64,000 nt of DNA from an uncultured Planctomycetota bacterium (GCA_963737655.1 CAVTTN010000002.1:1344001-1408000); one strand, 5' to 3'. Counted from the first letter of the stretch, positions 39,325 through 50,725 are shown. Numbers and translations are program-made. The notes: generated by a model not told the origin, from the letters alone.

Positions 39325-41751
39325 TTGATTGGACGTGGCCTGCAACTCGTCGCGGCGGCCCTGGCCCTCGGGATCGGCTCGGCGTCGGCCGACGAGCCCA
39401 ACTCCCCCCCGAAGCCCTCGCCCGAGGGGGCGCCGTCGGAGCGATTCGCGAAGGACGTCGTCCCGTTCCTGGCCTCGCACTGCTTCGCCTGCCACGGGAA
39501 CGGCAAGGCTCGCGGCGACGTGACGTTGGACAAATCCCGGGGCGCGAAGGACGTCCTCAAGGACCGCGACCTCTGGGAACGCGTCACGGAGATGGTCCGC
39601 ACCGGCGAGATGCCCCCCAAGAGCAAGGACAAGGACAAGGACCAGGCCAACGTCCGGCCCCGGCCCGACCCCGCCGAGGCCGAGGCCGCGATGAAGGCCC
39701 TCGACGACGTCCTCGCCCAGTACGATTGCTCCGGCCCCCGCGACTTCGGCCGGGTGACGATCCGCCGCCTGAACCGGACCGAGTACAACAACACGATCCG
39801 AGACCTCGTCGGCGTCGATTTCAAGCCCTCGGCCGACTTCCCCAATGACGACGTCGGCTACGGCTTCGACAACATCGGCGACGTGCTCTCCGTCTCGCCG
39901 ATGCTCCTCGAAAAGTACCTCACGGCCGCCGAGGAGGTCTTCGAGCGCGCCATCGTGATCGCCGACCCTCCGAAGCCGAAGGCCGAGCGCCTGGGCAGCC
40001 CCAAGGCGTCGTTCAACGCCGGCCGGGATCGTCGCGGGGGCGGCCAGTTCCTCTTCGGCAAGGGGCAGATCTCGGGGCAGATCTACCTCGACGAGGGGGA
40101 TTACACGATCAAGGCCACCGTCTTCGGCCAGCAACGCGGAGACGAGCCGGTCAAGGGGGCGATCCGAGTCGGCCGAGACGAGGTCTTCCGGTTCGAGACG
40201 AACGCGACCGAGGAGAAGCCCGAGACGATCGAGGCGAAGGTGCGGATCAAGGCCGGGTCGAAGACGATCGGAGTCGCCTTCCTCAACCCGTTCACCGAGC
40301 CGGCGAAGCCCGACGAGAAGGCCGAGAATCCCGAGCCCGCCCCGAAGGACCCGAAGAAGGCCGACCCGTTCCGACCCGTCGATCCCGACACGCATCAGCG
40401 GGTCCTGGTCGTCCGCAACATCGCCCTGGATGGCCCGTACAACCCGCCTCCGCCCGACCTGCCCGAGACCCACCGGCGGATCTTCGCCCACAAGCCCGGC
40501 CTGGAGCCTCGCGAGGCCGCCCGGGAGATCGTCGCGAGGTTCGCCGACCGCGCCTTCCGCCGGCCGAGCCGACCGGAGGAGGTCGATCGCCTCCTGAAGC
40601 TCTACGACCGGGCCGAAAAGGAAGGCGAACGGTTCGAGGACCGCGTCCGCCTGGCCCTCGAAGGGGTCCTCGTCTGGCCCGATTTCCTGTTCCGGGTCGA
40701 GTCGCAGGCGCCCGGCCTGGCGCCGGGAATGAGCGAGCCGATCGGCGAGTACGAGCTGGCCTCCCGGCTCTCGTACTTCCTCTGGAGCAGCATGCCGGAC
40801 GCCGAACTGTTCGACCTCGCCGCCCGGGGGAAGCTCCGGGAGAACATCGACGCCCAGGTCCGCCGGATGCTCGCCGACCCGAAGTCGATCGCCTTCGTCC
40901 AGAACTTCTCCGGCCAGTGGCTGACCACGAGGAAGCTCGCCTACGTGGCGCCCGACCCGGAGACGTTCCCCGGCTTCGACGACGAGCTCCGCTCCGCGAT
41001 GACGAAGGAAACGGAACTCTTCTTCGAGGCGATCCTCCGCGAGAATCGCGGCATCCTCGACCTCCTCGACGCCGATTTCAGCTTCCTCAATGAGCGATTG
41101 GCGAGACATTACGGGATCGTCGGCGTGACCGGGCCCGAGTTCCGCCGGGTGAAGCTTCCGCCGAACCGCGGAGGCGTCTTGACCCAGGCGAGCATCCTCA
41201 CGCTGACCTCGAACCCGACGCGGACCTCCCCCGTGAAGCGAGGCAAGTGGGTGCTCGACCAGATCCTCGGCACGCCTCCGCCGCCCCCTCCGCCGGACGT
41301 CCCCTCGCTGCCCGACGAGAAGCAATTGACCGGCTCGCTCCGCAAGGTCATGGAGCAGCACCGGGCCAACGCCCTGTGCGCCTCGTGCCACCAGAGGATG
41401 GACCCGATCGGCTTCGCGTTCGAGAATTTCGACGCCGTCGGCGCCTGGCGAGACAAGGACGGCGATTCGCCGATCGACGCGTCCGGCGTCTTGCCCGGAG
41501 GCCAGTCGTTCCAGGGCCCGGCCGATCTCAAAACGATCCTCCGGGGGAAGAGAGACCAGTTCAGCCGCTGCCTGGTCGAAAAAGTGCTCACGTACGCCCT
41601 CGGCCGAGGGTTAGAATCGTATGACCGTTGCGCAGTCGATGAAATCCTGGACGCCGTCCGCAAGGACGAGGACCGATTCGCCACCCTGATCGTCGCGGTG
41701 GCCCGGAGCGGACCATTCCTGATGAGAACAGCCGGAGGGGACGAGCCATGA
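39325..41751 (+). CDS. DUF1587/DUF1595/DUF1592/DUF1588/DUF1585 planctomycete cytochrome-c-like protein
   Basis: CFACH, RRLNRTEYNNTIRDL, ASRLSYFLWSSMPD, TSPVKRGKWVL, CASCH. Confidence 0.93.
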   Translation: MIGRGLQLVAAALALGIGSASADEPNSPPKPSPEGAPSERFAKDVVPFLASHCFACHGNGKARGDVTLDKSRGAKDVLKDRDLWERVTEMVRTGEMPPKSKDKDKDQANVRPRPDPAEAEAAMKALDDVLAQYDCSGPRDFGRVTIRRLNRTEYNNTIRDLVGVDFKPSADFPNDDVGYGFDNIGDVLSVSPMLLEKYLTAAEEVFERAIVIADPPKPKAERLGSPKASFNAGRDRRGGGQFLFGKGQISGQIYLDEGDYTIKATVFGQQRGDEPVKGAIRVGRDEVFRFETNATEEKPETIEAKVRIKAGSKTIGVAFLNPFTEPAKPDEKAENPEPAPKDPKKADPFRPVDPDTHQRVLVVRNIALDGPYNPPPPDLPETHRRIFAHKPGLEPREAAREIVARFADRAFRRPSRPEEVDRLLKLYDRAEKEGERFEDRVRLALEGVLVWPDFLFRVESQAPGLAPGMSEPIGEYELASRLSYFLWSSMPDAELFDLAARGKLRENIDAQVRRMLADPKSIAFVQNFSGQWLTTRKLAYVAPDPETFPGFDDELRSAMTKETELFFEAILRENRGILDLLDADFSFLNERLARHYGIVGVTGPEFRRVKLPPNRGGVLTQASILTLTSNPTRTSPVKRGKWVLDQILGTPPPPPPPDVPSLPDEKQLTGSLRKVMEQHRANALCASCHQRMDPIGFAFENFDAVGAWRDKDGDSPIDASGVLPGGQSFQGPADLKTILRGKRDQFSRCLVEKVLTYALGRGLESYDRCAVDEILDAVRKDEDRFATLIVAVARSGPFLMRTAGGDEP

Positions 41752-43091
41752 GCATCGGCGGGCGGATTTCGAGGCGGACGATCCTCCGAGGGGCCGGCAC
41801 GGTCCTGGCCCTCCCGTTCCTGGAGGCGATGGCGCCGAAGGCGATCGCCAGGGTCGGGGGGGCGGCGGCCCAACCTCCTCGCCGGATGGCCCTCCTCTAC
41901 GTGCCCAACGGCGCCCACATGGCCGACTGGACCCCGAAGGCCGAAGGCGCCGCCTTCGACTTGCCCGAGATCCTCCGGCCCCTCGCCCCGCTGAAGGACG
42001 ACCTGCTCGTCCTGAGCGACCTGACCTGCGACAAGGCCCGGGCCAACGGAGACGGCGCCGGCGACCACGCCCGGGCCTCCTCCGCCTTCCTGACCGGGGC
42101 CCAGGCCAGGAAGACCGCCGGCGCCAACTTCCGCTCGGGCATCTCGGCCGACCAGGTCGCCGCCCGCCGGATCGGCGACCAGACCCGCCTTCCGTCTCTG
42201 GAGCTGGGGATCGAGCGCTATCGAGGCAGCGGCAACTGCGACAGCGGCTATTCCTGCGTCTATGAACACACGATCGCCTGGAGGTCGCCCACCTCGCCCC
42301 TGCCCAACGAGGTCGATCCCCGGATCGTCTTCGAGCGCCTCTTCGCCGAGAGGCCCAACGACCCCGCCCGCCTGAAGAGGAACCGGCTGCGGTCGAGCGT
42401 CCTCGACGCGGTCCTCGAAGACTCCAAGGGGCTGGAGGGCCGGCTCGGCGGCGCCGACCGCCGCAAGCTCGATCAGTACATGTCGTGCGTCCGGGAGCTC
42501 GAGCTGAGGATCGCCCGGGCCGAGACCCTGCCGCCGGTCCAGCCGCCCGAGGACGCCATCCGACCCTCCGGGATGCCGGCCGACCTCTCCGAGCACATCC
42601 GCCTGATGTGCGACCTGATGGTCATGGCCTTCCAGACGGACGTGACCCGGGTGATCACCTGCATGTTCGCCCGAGAGGGCAGCGAGCAGAAGTACCGGAT
42701 GATCGGCGTGTCCGAGGGGCACCACGAGCTCACCCACCACCGCAATGACCCCGAGAAGATCGCCAAGGTCAAGAAAATCAACACCTATCACATCGAGCAG
42801 TTTGCCTACCTCCTGAACAAGCTCAAGTCCGTGCCCGAGGGGGATGGCACCCTGCTTGACCACTGCATGATCGCCTATGGGAGCGGCAACAGCGACGGCA
42901 ACCGCCACACCCACGAGAACGTGCCGCTGTTGCTCGCCGGCAAGGGCGGAGGCTCGCTCAGGACCGGCCGCCACGTCCGCTACCCGGGCGAGACGCCCCT
43001 GAACAACCTCTGGCTGGCGATGCTCGACCGCATGGGCGCCCCGACGGATCGCCTCGGCGACAGCACGGGCGTCCTCCCCGGGCTCTCGTGA
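41748..43091 (+). CDS. DUF1552 family protein (Tat signal)
   Basis: SRRTILRGAGTVLALPFLEAM, YVPNG, SLELG, CDSGYSCVY, HHELTHH; ATGA overlap with the upstream gene. Confidence 0.93.
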   Translation: MSIGGRISRRTILRGAGTVLALPFLEAMAPKAIARVGGAAAQPPRRMALLYVPNGAHMADWTPKAEGAAFDLPEILRPLAPLKDDLLVLSDLTCDKARANGDGAGDHARASSAFLTGAQARKTAGANFRSGISADQVAARRIGDQTRLPSLELGIERYRGSGNCDSGYSCVYEHTIAWRSPTSPLPNEVDPRIVFERLFAERPNDPARLKRNRLRSSVLDAVLEDSKGLEGRLGGADRRKLDQYMSCVRELELRIARAETLPPVQPPEDAIRPSGMPADLSEHIRLMCDLMVMAFQTDVTRVITCMFAREGSEQKYRMIGVSEGHHELTHHRNDPEKIAKVKKINTYHIEQFAYLLNKLKSVPEGDGTLLDHCMIAYGSGNSDGNRHTHENVPLLLAGKGGGSLRTGRHVRYPGETPLNNLWLAMLDRMGAPTDRLGDSTGVLPGLS

Positions 43092-43564
43092 GCCGAAAGG
43101 AAGGGCGGCCGATCAGGGACCCGACGATCACGATCGGGGCCATCGCGATCCTGCTCGACGCGCTCGGCCCTCGCCCAGAGGCACGGGGAGGCGCGGGGCC
43201 GGGGGGAAGGGGCGTTGGCCGCCGACGTGCCGCCGGGGTCGCACCCCTCGCCGAGACATCCGGCGTGACCGCGTCGATCCTCTTCACAGACGTTCGCGGG
43301 TTCGCGCGATGGGCCGAGAAGATTGAGGACTTCTCCCAACTCAACCGCTTCGTGGCGGATTTCCCGGCGATCCTCCAGGGCGCCTTTGCCAACCACTTCA
43401 TCAAGGGCCTCGTCGCGGGGATGTGCCTCGACGCCTCGAACAAGAGGGGTTTGAGGTGGCTCCTCGCGACCCGCTCGCGGACCCGGCGACTCTCCGCCGG
43501 GAAGATCGAGGGGTGCGGGGGACCGCTCAAGGATTCCCAGTCCTTCTCGGGGTGCGTCCTCTGA
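43088..43564 (+). pseudogene. Fragment of an adenylate/guanylate cyclase (class III) domain
   Basis: ASILFTDVRGFARWAEK...FIKGL, after which similarity stops; no GD or NxAxR motifs. Confidence 0.5.
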
Positions 43565-43638
43565 GCGAGAAGAGGAAGCGGCGGGCGAGTGGGGCGAGGC
43601 GTCGGCCCTCCGCCGGGTCGGTGCCGTGGCGACAGAGA

Positions 43639-45192
43639 TCAGCGAGGCCGTGGCTCGAGGAAAGCCTGCCTCATGCGGCTATAGGCGCGGGAGACGTGCG
43701 TGACGTACTCGCGGGCCTCCTCGCGATCCCCTTCCTCCACGGCGTGCTTGAGCAATTCGAGCCGGTCTCGGAAGACCTTCGCCTTGGCCTTGCGATAAGG
43801 GCCGAGCGTCCCCTCGCGGAGGAAGGTCCCGACTTCCAGGCGGCGAGTCCAGTCGGCCCAGGCCGGGAGGAAGTGTTCGGCGTGCTTGCGGTCGCCGCTC
43901 AGTGCCGCCGTGAGCACCTCGGCCTTGAGGATCGACATCTCCTCGAACACCTCTGACGGTGAGGGATAATAGACGTAGCATCCGACGATGCTCAAGGCCA
44001 CCAGGCCGAGCAAAGCGACCCCGCCCAGCACCGGGGCCGGGACCGATCGATCGTGCCAGGATGGCTGACCGTCCGAGGGCTCCGTGGCGCGTTCGAGCCA
44101 GGATTCCACTCGCCACCGGCGGTCCAACGCCCGGAGGACCAGGCCGACCGCGGCCAGCGAGGCGAGGACCGCGAGGGCGACTCGCTCGAACGGCTGGATC
44201 TCTTCCCGGAGCCTGGCGACGACGAACGGGGCGGGGTGCGTCTGGCTCGACGAAAAAGGGCGGCAATACATGTCGAAGGCGTGAGTATGACCGGGCGGGG
44301 CGATCTCCCTCGGGTAGAGCGGGGCCTCGATCGCGTAGGCGACCCCGAGGATGGATGCCACGAGGAACACGAGCCAGGCGAGGCCACGACCGACCCCGTA
44401 GTTGCGGAGCACCCAGGCGGCCAGGCCGAGGTTGAGGCCCGCCCCGAGCGTCAGGAGGACGAACGCCGCCCCGGGCGAGTTGGCGTGCTGGAACATCGAA
44501 CCGAGCTGCGCCATCGCCGTCATCGGCGAGGCGTAGGCGGGGATCGCCACCCCGGCCATCGCCAAAGGGGCGAAGGGATTCGAATGCTCCATCGTCGATT
44601 GGAGCGACCCCGGCGGGAGGGCCATCCCGAGGAGGCCGACGCCCAGGAGCCCGACCGCCACATACCCGAGCGAGGGGCCGGTGACCTCTCTCGCGGCGGC
44701 GACGGCAATCGCGGCCATCCGCTTCAGTCCCTGAGCGACCGGAGCCGGGGCCGCCTCCTCGCTTCCCGACCCGGGGAAGAGCCGGTTCAGGGCCGCGCCC
44801 ACGATCGTCACGACGACCATCGAGGCGAAGGCGAACACGAGGATGACCGACGGCTCGGAGAGGGTCAGGCCGTAGAGCATCGAAACCGGGTTGAACAGCG
44901 GCGCCGTCATGGCGAACGCCAGGACCGCACCGGGGGAGACGCCGGCCCTCCGCATCTCCCGGGCGACCGGGATGACTCCCAGAGAGCAGACCGGCAGGAG
45001 CATCCCCACGAGCCACGCCTGGGGCAACTCGCGCCGCGTCCCGCTCCCGAAGAGCCTCCGCGTGTTCGCAGGACCCAGGAGCCGGCGGAAGACGCCCGCC
45101 ACGACCAGGCCCACGAGCAGGGTCGGGACCGATTGGATCAGGGCTTGCCCGGACCGGAGCACACCGCCCCAGAGTAGGGACTCGATCATCAT
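43639..45192 (-). CDS. DUF318/ArsP-like permease with C-terminal extension
   Basis: LLPVCSLGVIPV, AFAMTAPLFNP, about 10 transmembrane helices, HTHAFDMYC. Confidence 0.85.
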   Translation of the reverse strand: MMIESLLWGGVLRSGQALIQSVPTLLVGLVVAGVFRRLLGPANTRRLFGSGTRRELPQAWLVGMLLPVCSLGVIPVAREMRRAGVSPGAVLAFAMTAPLFNPVSMLYGLTLSEPSVILVFAFASMVVVTIVGAALNRLFPGSGSEEAAPAPVAQGLKRMAAIAVAAAREVTGPSLGYVAVGLLGVGLLGMALPPGSLQSTMEHSNPFAPLAMAGVAIPAYASPMTAMAQLGSMFQHANSPGAAFVLLTLGAGLNLGLAAWVLRNYGVGRGLAWLVFLVASILGVAYAIEAPLYPREIAPPGHTHAFDMYCRPFSSSQTHPAPFVVARLREEIQPFERVALAVLASLAAVGLVLRALDRRWRVESWLERATEPSDGQPSWHDRSVPAPVLGGVALLGLVALSIVGCYVYYPSPSEVFEEMSILKAEVLTAALSGDRKHAEHFLPAWADWTRRLEVGTFLREGTLGPYRKAKAKVFRDRLELLKHAVEEGDREEAREYVTHVSRAYSRMRQAFLEPRPR

Positions 45193-45297
45193 CCTATCCT
45201 CGTGAAATAGGGCAGGCTGTCGATGGTGACTTCCCGGGACGTGCGGTTCGGTTCGTTTCCTCGATCACCTCGGGGCCGATCTCGCGCCGAGGACTCG

Positions 45298-45849
45298 TCA
45301 AGGGGCTCCCGTCGTGCCTGCCGTCCTGTCGAACCAACGGGGGTCGGCCTTCTCCAGGATCGTCTCCAGGGCGGCGACGTTTCGCCCGGAAGCCCGGGTC
45401 GCGTCGGCGCGACCGGCCGGCGATTCCCGGATGACCCGATACTCCGCGACGAGGCCGGCGGAGAGCCGGTCGACCTCGATCCACCGGTCCTCGGGCATGT
45501 CGCTCTCGGCGGCGATCTCGGGCAACCAGCCCGCGATGTCCGTCGCCATCGACAAGGTCCTGTCATCGATCGGGCGGCCCGCCGAGCCTTCGACCACCCC
45601 GCGACCGATCGCCTCGTCGAGCGCCCTCAAACGACGGACCGCGTCGGGGAACGTCGCCGGCCTGTGGGCCGGAATGACGTGACCGACATGCTCCTCGTGG
45701 GCGCCGGGGACGCCGCCACCGTCGCAACCCGCCACGGCGAGCAGGATAGAAAACATCGCAACGACCGTCCGCGGCCGTCCGCCGGAGCGGGTGTCCCCGA
45801 TCTCTCTCGGGGCGGCAAGACTTCCCCCGGTGTGCCTCGCGATGATCAT
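45298..45849 (-). CDS. Putative His-containing lipoprotein
   Basis: Lipobox-like LLAVAGC; HEEHVGHVIPAHRP; WLPEIAAESDM; start codon uncertain. Confidence 0.65.
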   Translation of the reverse strand: MIIARHTGGSLAAPREIGDTRSGGRPRTVVAMFSILLAVAGCDGGGVPGAHEEHVGHVIPAHRPATFPDAVRRLRALDEAIGRGVVEGSAGRPIDDRTLSMATDIAGWLPEIAAESDMPEDRWIEVDRLSAGLVAEYRVIRESPAGRADATRASGRNVAALETILEKADPRWFDRTAGTTGAP

Positions 45850-45910
45850 GGTGCCTCTCCTCGTAATCGTCCGGAATTGGAACCGGGTCGCACCGCCCAC
45901 GGGGCGTGCC

Positions 45911-46887
45911 TCACGTCCTCGAACCCGGCGTGATCGGGACCGGGACGGAATCCAGGATCTCGGCCAGGACCCGGGCGGTGGCCTCCGGCTCGACGCCGAG
46001 CCGAACCTCCAGGACGGGTCCGGCCATGTCCTGCACGTCGTCGGGCGTGGTGTAATCGCGACCGAGCAGGAAGGCCCGCGCCTGGGCGAGCCTCTGCCAG
46101 GTCAGCAGGCCGCGGGGCTCAGGCCCAGGGTGACCTGGCGATGCGATCGGCTGGCCCCTCCCAGGGCGACGAGATAGTCCCTCACCAACGGGCCGACGGC
46201 GATCGCGGCGACGGCCTCCTGGAGGGCGCGGAGCTGCCCCGGAGCCAGGGAGGGGGCGGCCCCTCCCGGGGTGTCCGAGGTCGCGCCGACGGCCGCGTCG
46301 AGCATCGCCCGCTCGTCGTCGGGTCCCGGGTAGCCGATCCGCAGCTTCATCGCGAAGCGGTCGAGCTGGGCCTCCGGCAGCGGGTAGGTGCCGTGCTGCT
46401 CCACCGGGTTCTGGGTGGCCATGACGAAGAACGTGTCGGACAGGACGTGCCGGAGGCTGTCGACCGTGACCTGCCGCTCGGCCATCGCCTCCAGGAGGGC
46501 GCTCTGCGTCCTCGGCGTGGCCCGGTTGATCTCGTCGGCCAGCAGGACGTCGGCGAAGACGGGGCCGGGCAGGAACTCGAATTCACGAGTCTTCTGGTCA
46601 TAGACGCGAAAGCCGGTGATGTCCCCGGGGAGGAGGTCCGGCGTGCACTGGACGCGCGCGAACTTGCCGCCGAGCGCCTGGGCCAGCGCCTTGGCGAGCG
46701 TGGTCTTGCCGAGGCCGGGGAGGTCCTCGATCAGCAGGTGCCCCCTCGCCAGGAGGCAGGCGAGGACGGACTCGACCACGGCCGCCTTGCCGCGCAAGGC
46801 GGCGTTCAAGGCCGTGCGGATCGCATCGACGGCCGAGGCCGATGGGCCGTTCCGCTCGGCGTGCAGGGCGTGCGGGATCACCTTCAT
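45911..46887 (-). CDS. MoxR-proper AAA+ ATPase; -1 frameshift in a G4 run at about 46115
   Basis: [57 protein letters not shown]; continues in another frame as SPRGLL...[11 protein letters not shown]. Confidence 0.9.
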
Positions 46888-49247
46888 GTCGCCAGTTCCT
46901 CCTGGAGGAGAGTCCGGTCCAGGGCCTGAAATCTGCGGAGGGACCAGGCGCGGACGGCGCGACGGCAGGCCCCTCGGGGATCGTCGTCGCCGCGAGATTT
47001 CGGGGGCGTGGAACCCTCGGGCGAGTAGAGGCCCCACTCGGCGAGTCGGATGAGCCCGTGGAGGTCGTCCGCGCCTGCGGAGGTCGTCGGGGCGATCGTC
47101 GCGTACCAGCGAAAGGGGGTGCGTCCCGAAGGGCGGGGATGGCCCGCCCATCTCGACCGCCGTTCGACGAGGCGGAGGGCTTCGATCGCGTAGAGGCGGG
47201 GGTCGGGCAGCGGCCTGGCCATCCACGCCAGGGTCAAGAGGGCGTCGGCGACATCGCGGCGGAAGCGGGCCAACGCGGCGAGGCCGACGACGACCAGGCC
47301 CAGGAAGGCCGCATGCGATCGCGCCCACCGCCAGGCGTGGGCGATCGCGGCCAGGATGCTCTCGGACCAGGAGGGCGACGGCCCCATCAACTCGTAGCCG
47401 GGCGTCGGCTCGACGGCGACCCACGTCCCGTTCGGCAGGCGGACTTCCGCCCAGACGTGGACATCGTCTCGGGTCACGGGCGTGTGCCGGGTGCGGGGGT
47501 CGTACCGACGGGGATCGGCGTAGAAGCCGCTCACCAGGCGAGTCGGGTAGTCGAGCGACCGCAGGAGAACGGCCGCCGACGTGGCGAACTGGTAATCCGG
47601 CCCGCGCCGCGACCTCAGCAGGAAGTGGGCCACGACGTCGTCGCACTCGGGCGGGACCACGACCCCGCGATCGTGTTCGGCGTGCCGGCGGAGGCCGGCG
47701 ACGACCGCCTCGACTTGCCCCCAACCGCGAGGGATGCCCTCCGACCACTTGCGGGCCAGGGCCGCGACCTCCGGGGCGATGCCACGGCCGTCGGCGACGT
47801 CCAGGAGGCGAGCCGCGGCGTAGGGGATGGTGGGGAAGGACAGGTCGCGAAGCCGTCCCGGGTCGGGGGTCCGGGCCTCGGACTCGATCACCGTGCTCGA
47901 AGGGACGGTGCGTCCAACCATCCGCACCATCCCCTCGTGCGACCAGCCGAAGAAGTCGCGGCGGTTGACCTGGCCGATCCGGAATCGGGACACGTGCGAC
48001 GGCAGGGGCAGCGGGCCCGAGTCGAGCGCCCCGACCTTGATCTGGTGGGCGACGGTGCCGGTGAACAGCGGGGGGATGGGCGAATCGAGCCGGAACCACG
48101 GGGCGCCCTCGGATTCCAGAACCAGGGGGCAGTCCCTCCCACACGGCGGCTCCTCGTCCCATTCCCGGCCGTCGAAGCGGTCGTAGGCCGCCAGGCCGAG
48201 ATGCAGGGGGGTCGGCCCCTTCACGTAGAGGAGGGCCTTCGCCTCGCGGTCGGTCGGCCGACGTCCGGGCCGATCGTTCCCCCGGCGGACCACCGAGAAC
48301 TGGCGGCCGGCCCGGAGGTTCTCCGCCGGCCGTTCGCGCTGTTCGACGACGTTGTCATTGTTCAATGCGACCATCCGATCTCGCTGCATGGGCTTGATCG
48401 GCTCGCCATACAGGTCATTGAAGGCGTCGTAGAGGCTGGGCCGGTCGCTGTCGAGGTAGACGTCGGAGTCGGTGAAGCCGACGGATTGCGGCTTCTCCGA
48501 GCCCTTGACCTCGTCCTCGCCGTCGTTCACGCCCCCTCGGGCGTCGGGGTTGTCCCAGACGGTCCCCCCGGAACTCGGCATCAGGCCCGCCAGGGCGGTG
48601 GCGGCCCGGGTCGGCCCGACCGCCGCGACCGCGACGACGAGGGCGACGAACCCCAGGGCCAGGGCCGGCGTCGCGATCGGGAATCGACGACGGTCGTTCG
48701 AGGTCGGAAGGCGGAGGCCGCCCCAGGAGGCCAGGACCAGCCAAAGGCAGCCGACGGCCGCGTAGGTGCCGAGCGCCCAGAGCAAGGCCGTCCCCTCGGC
48801 CTGCGAGGAGGCGACCAGCACCAGGAAGAGGCTCACCAGCGCCGCCAGGCGGGCGAACGCCGGCCGCCTCGACAGCACGGCCAGACCCAGCCCGAGGTTC
48901 CTCAGGGCCGAGATCATCACGACTTCCAGGGGCTCGGCCCGCCCGACCCGGGCCAGCCGGCCCGCCTCGACGACGAACGGCAAGGCCACGACGACCAGCA
49001 GGCCGATCACGAGGAGCGGGCTGAGCGAGGTCCGTGGCCGCGAACGTGCGAGGAGCCCGGGGGATGAGGATTTCGACCACAAGGAGACCATCCATGCGGC
49101 GAGGGACCATCCCAGGCCCCAGGCCAGGGAAACCATCAGCGGCCTCCCCGGCTCGGCGATGGCGAGCTCGGCAGACGTCGTCGCCAGGGCCGCCAGGGCC
49201 AGCGTCGCGCCCTGGACCCATCGGTCCTCTTCTCGGTCAGCCGCCAA
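46884..49247 (-). CDS. Membrane-anchored transglutaminase-like (TgpA-like) protein
   Basis: N-terminal transmembrane bundle; [40 protein letters not shown]; probable TTG start at 49247. Confidence 0.82.
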   Translation of the reverse strand: MAADREEDRWVQGATLALAALATTSAELAIAEPGRPLMVSLAWGLGWSLAAWMVSLWSKSSSPGLLARSRPRTSLSPLLVIGLLVVVALPFVVEAGRLARVGRAEPLEVVMISALRNLGLGLAVLSRRPAFARLAALVSLFLVLVASSQAEGTALLWALGTYAAVGCLWLVLASWGGLRLPTSNDRRRFPIATPALALGFVALVVAVAAVGPTRAATALAGLMPSSGGTVWDNPDARGGVNDGEDEVKGSEKPQSVGFTDSDVYLDSDRPSLYDAFNDLYGEPIKPMQRDRMVALNNDNVVEQRERPAENLRAGRQFSVVRRGNDRPGRRPTDREAKALLYVKGPTPLHLGLAAYDRFDGREWDEEPPCGRDCPLVLESEGAPWFRLDSPIPPLFTGTVAHQIKVGALDSGPLPLPSHVSRFRIGQVNRRDFFGWSHEGMVRMVGRTVPSSTVIESEARTPDPGRLRDLSFPTIPYAAARLLDVADGRGIAPEVAALARKWSEGIPRGWGQVEAVVAGLRRHAEHDRGVVVPPECDDVVAHFLLRSRRGPDYQFATSAAVLLRSLDYPTRLVSGFYADPRRYDPRTRHTPVTRDDVHVWAEVRLPNGTWVAVEPTPGYELMGPSPSWSESILAAIAHAWRWARSHAAFLGLVVVGLAALARFRRDVADALLTLAWMARPLPDPRLYAIEALRLVERRSRWAGHPRPSGRTPFRWYATIAPTTSAGADDLHGLIRLAEWGLYSPEGSTPPKSRGDDDPRGACRRAVRAWSLRRFQALDRTLLQEELAT

Positions 49248-50508
49248 CGGAGACCTCCTTCCATCCCCGTCGCACGAGGCCCGGGACGTTCGATGGGTCG
49301 TCGATCCAGATCCCGGGCCGCAACGGCAAGGCACCGGACACGGTGCGATCCACGGCATCGGAGAAGGCACCGGCATCCAGGACGACGAATCGTTCGGCAC
49401 GACCCCGACCGGCCGACCCGGCCAGGTTTCGCGTCGAACGACTGGTCGCGACGACGACCCGCAGGCCGCCGTCGAACCGGAGACAGGACGGCCCGGACAA
49501 TACGTCTTTGAGATCATGCCGCCCGTCGGGTTCCAGGCGGGCCAGGGCGTCGAGGACGCGGGCACGACGGGAGGCGACGGTGCCGGCCGACGAGGCGACC
49601 GACCGGCCGCCGTGGACGACCTCCACCTCGGCCCCCTGGCCGATCCAATCCTCGGCGAAGCTCGCCGCGATCCGGACCGCCCACTCGAACGACCCGGCCT
49701 GACCCGACCCGGAGTGCGCCTCGGGGGAGATGTCGAGGACGATCTGGACCCTGGGGATCGCCTGGGCTTCCAGCTCGCAGACGATGAGGTGGCCGTGCCT
49801 TGCCGATTGCGGCCAGTGAACCCGGCGGAGCGAATCGCCCCGGCGATAGGGCCGGACGCCCAGGAGGTCGCCCGCCGTCCCCGCCTTGTTCCGGGGGGCG
49901 AGCCCGTCCCCCTCCCGGCCGCTGGCCGCCTCGGGGATCGGGCCGACGGGGAAGGTGCGGGGCCAGACCAGGAGGCGGGACGGGACGGCCAGAGGCCGGG
50001 ACGCCTCGCGGAGACCGAACGGGAACGCGGTGACGACCCTCGGGGCGGCCCTCGGGTATTCGCCTCGGCAATCGGGCGTCGCTCTCCAGCAGATCTCGGT
50101 GGTCCGCCAACCCCCAGCGAACGCCACGCCGGCCCCGGCTCCGGGCAAATCGCCGCGAACGGCGAGCCCCCAGGCACCCCAGGGCATCCGGTTGCGGACG
50201 ACCAAACGGACGTCCACCGGCTCCCCTTCGCGGACACGATCCCGCCCGAACGCGAGCGTGCCGCTCAGCCCGCACGCGGACAACCAGGGCCACAGTGTCC
50301 CCGCCGCCAGGACGGCCGCCAGCCCGGCCGCCAGGATCATGGCCCTCGGGTGCAGGTAGAGCCCGCAGAGGATCGCCGCCAGCATCGCCATCGAGAGGAC
50401 GGCCAGGGGGTTGCGTACCCATTGGATGTACGGGTCGAATTGCGAGGCATGATCCTTGACGAGGATCTCGCCGAGCTTCGCGAAGAATCGCTTGCCCGAT
50501 CGATTCAT
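49237..50508 (-). CDS. DUF58 domain protein
   Basis: RGEYP, FPFGL, GVRPYRRGDSLRRVHWPQSAR, FEWAVRIAAS. Confidence 0.9.
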   Translation of the reverse strand: MNRSGKRFFAKLGEILVKDHASQFDPYIQWVRNPLAVLSMAMLAAILCGLYLHPRAMILAAGLAAVLAAGTLWPWLSACGLSGTLAFGRDRVREGEPVDVRLVVRNRMPWGAWGLAVRGDLPGAGAGVAFAGGWRTTEICWRATPDCRGEYPRAAPRVVTAFPFGLREASRPLAVPSRLLVWPRTFPVGPIPEAASGREGDGLAPRNKAGTAGDLLGVRPYRRGDSLRRVHWPQSARHGHLIVCELEAQAIPRVQIVLDISPEAHSGSGQAGSFEWAVRIAASFAEDWIGQGAEVEVVHGGRSVASSAGTVASRRARVLDALARLEPDGRHDLKDVLSGPSCLRFDGGLRVVVATSRSTRNLAGSAGRGRAERFVVLDAGAFSDAVDRTVSGALPLRPGIWIDDPSNVPGLVRRGWKEVSVGG

Positions 50509-50567
50509 GACCCGCCCTCCAACTCACGGTTTTCGGGGCATTTCGGGGCGGCCAGCTTCGAGCCGAC

Positions 50568-50725
50568 TCAACCCCACCTCGGGCACGTCCGGCAGAGCCG
50601 GCGATTCAGCAGGAGCGATCCGGCGATCGAGAGACCGCCCGAGACGACGGCGACCACTCCCAATCCCTCGGCGTCCCGGGCCTCGGCGAAGCGGCCCAGG
50701 GCCAGCAGGATCAGGCCGCCGGAAG
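50568..50725 (-). pseudogene. Possible C-terminal remnant of a MerC-like membrane protein
   Basis: Hand translation GGLILLALGRFAEARDAEGLGVVAVVSGGLSIAGSLLLNRRLCRTCPRWG*; no start codon, abuts an AT-rich junction. Confidence 0.4.

Noticed and set aside
39325..43091. DUF1592/DUF1552 pair as a novel system
   Set aside because: Very common multi-copy pair in planctomycetes; nothing distinctive here
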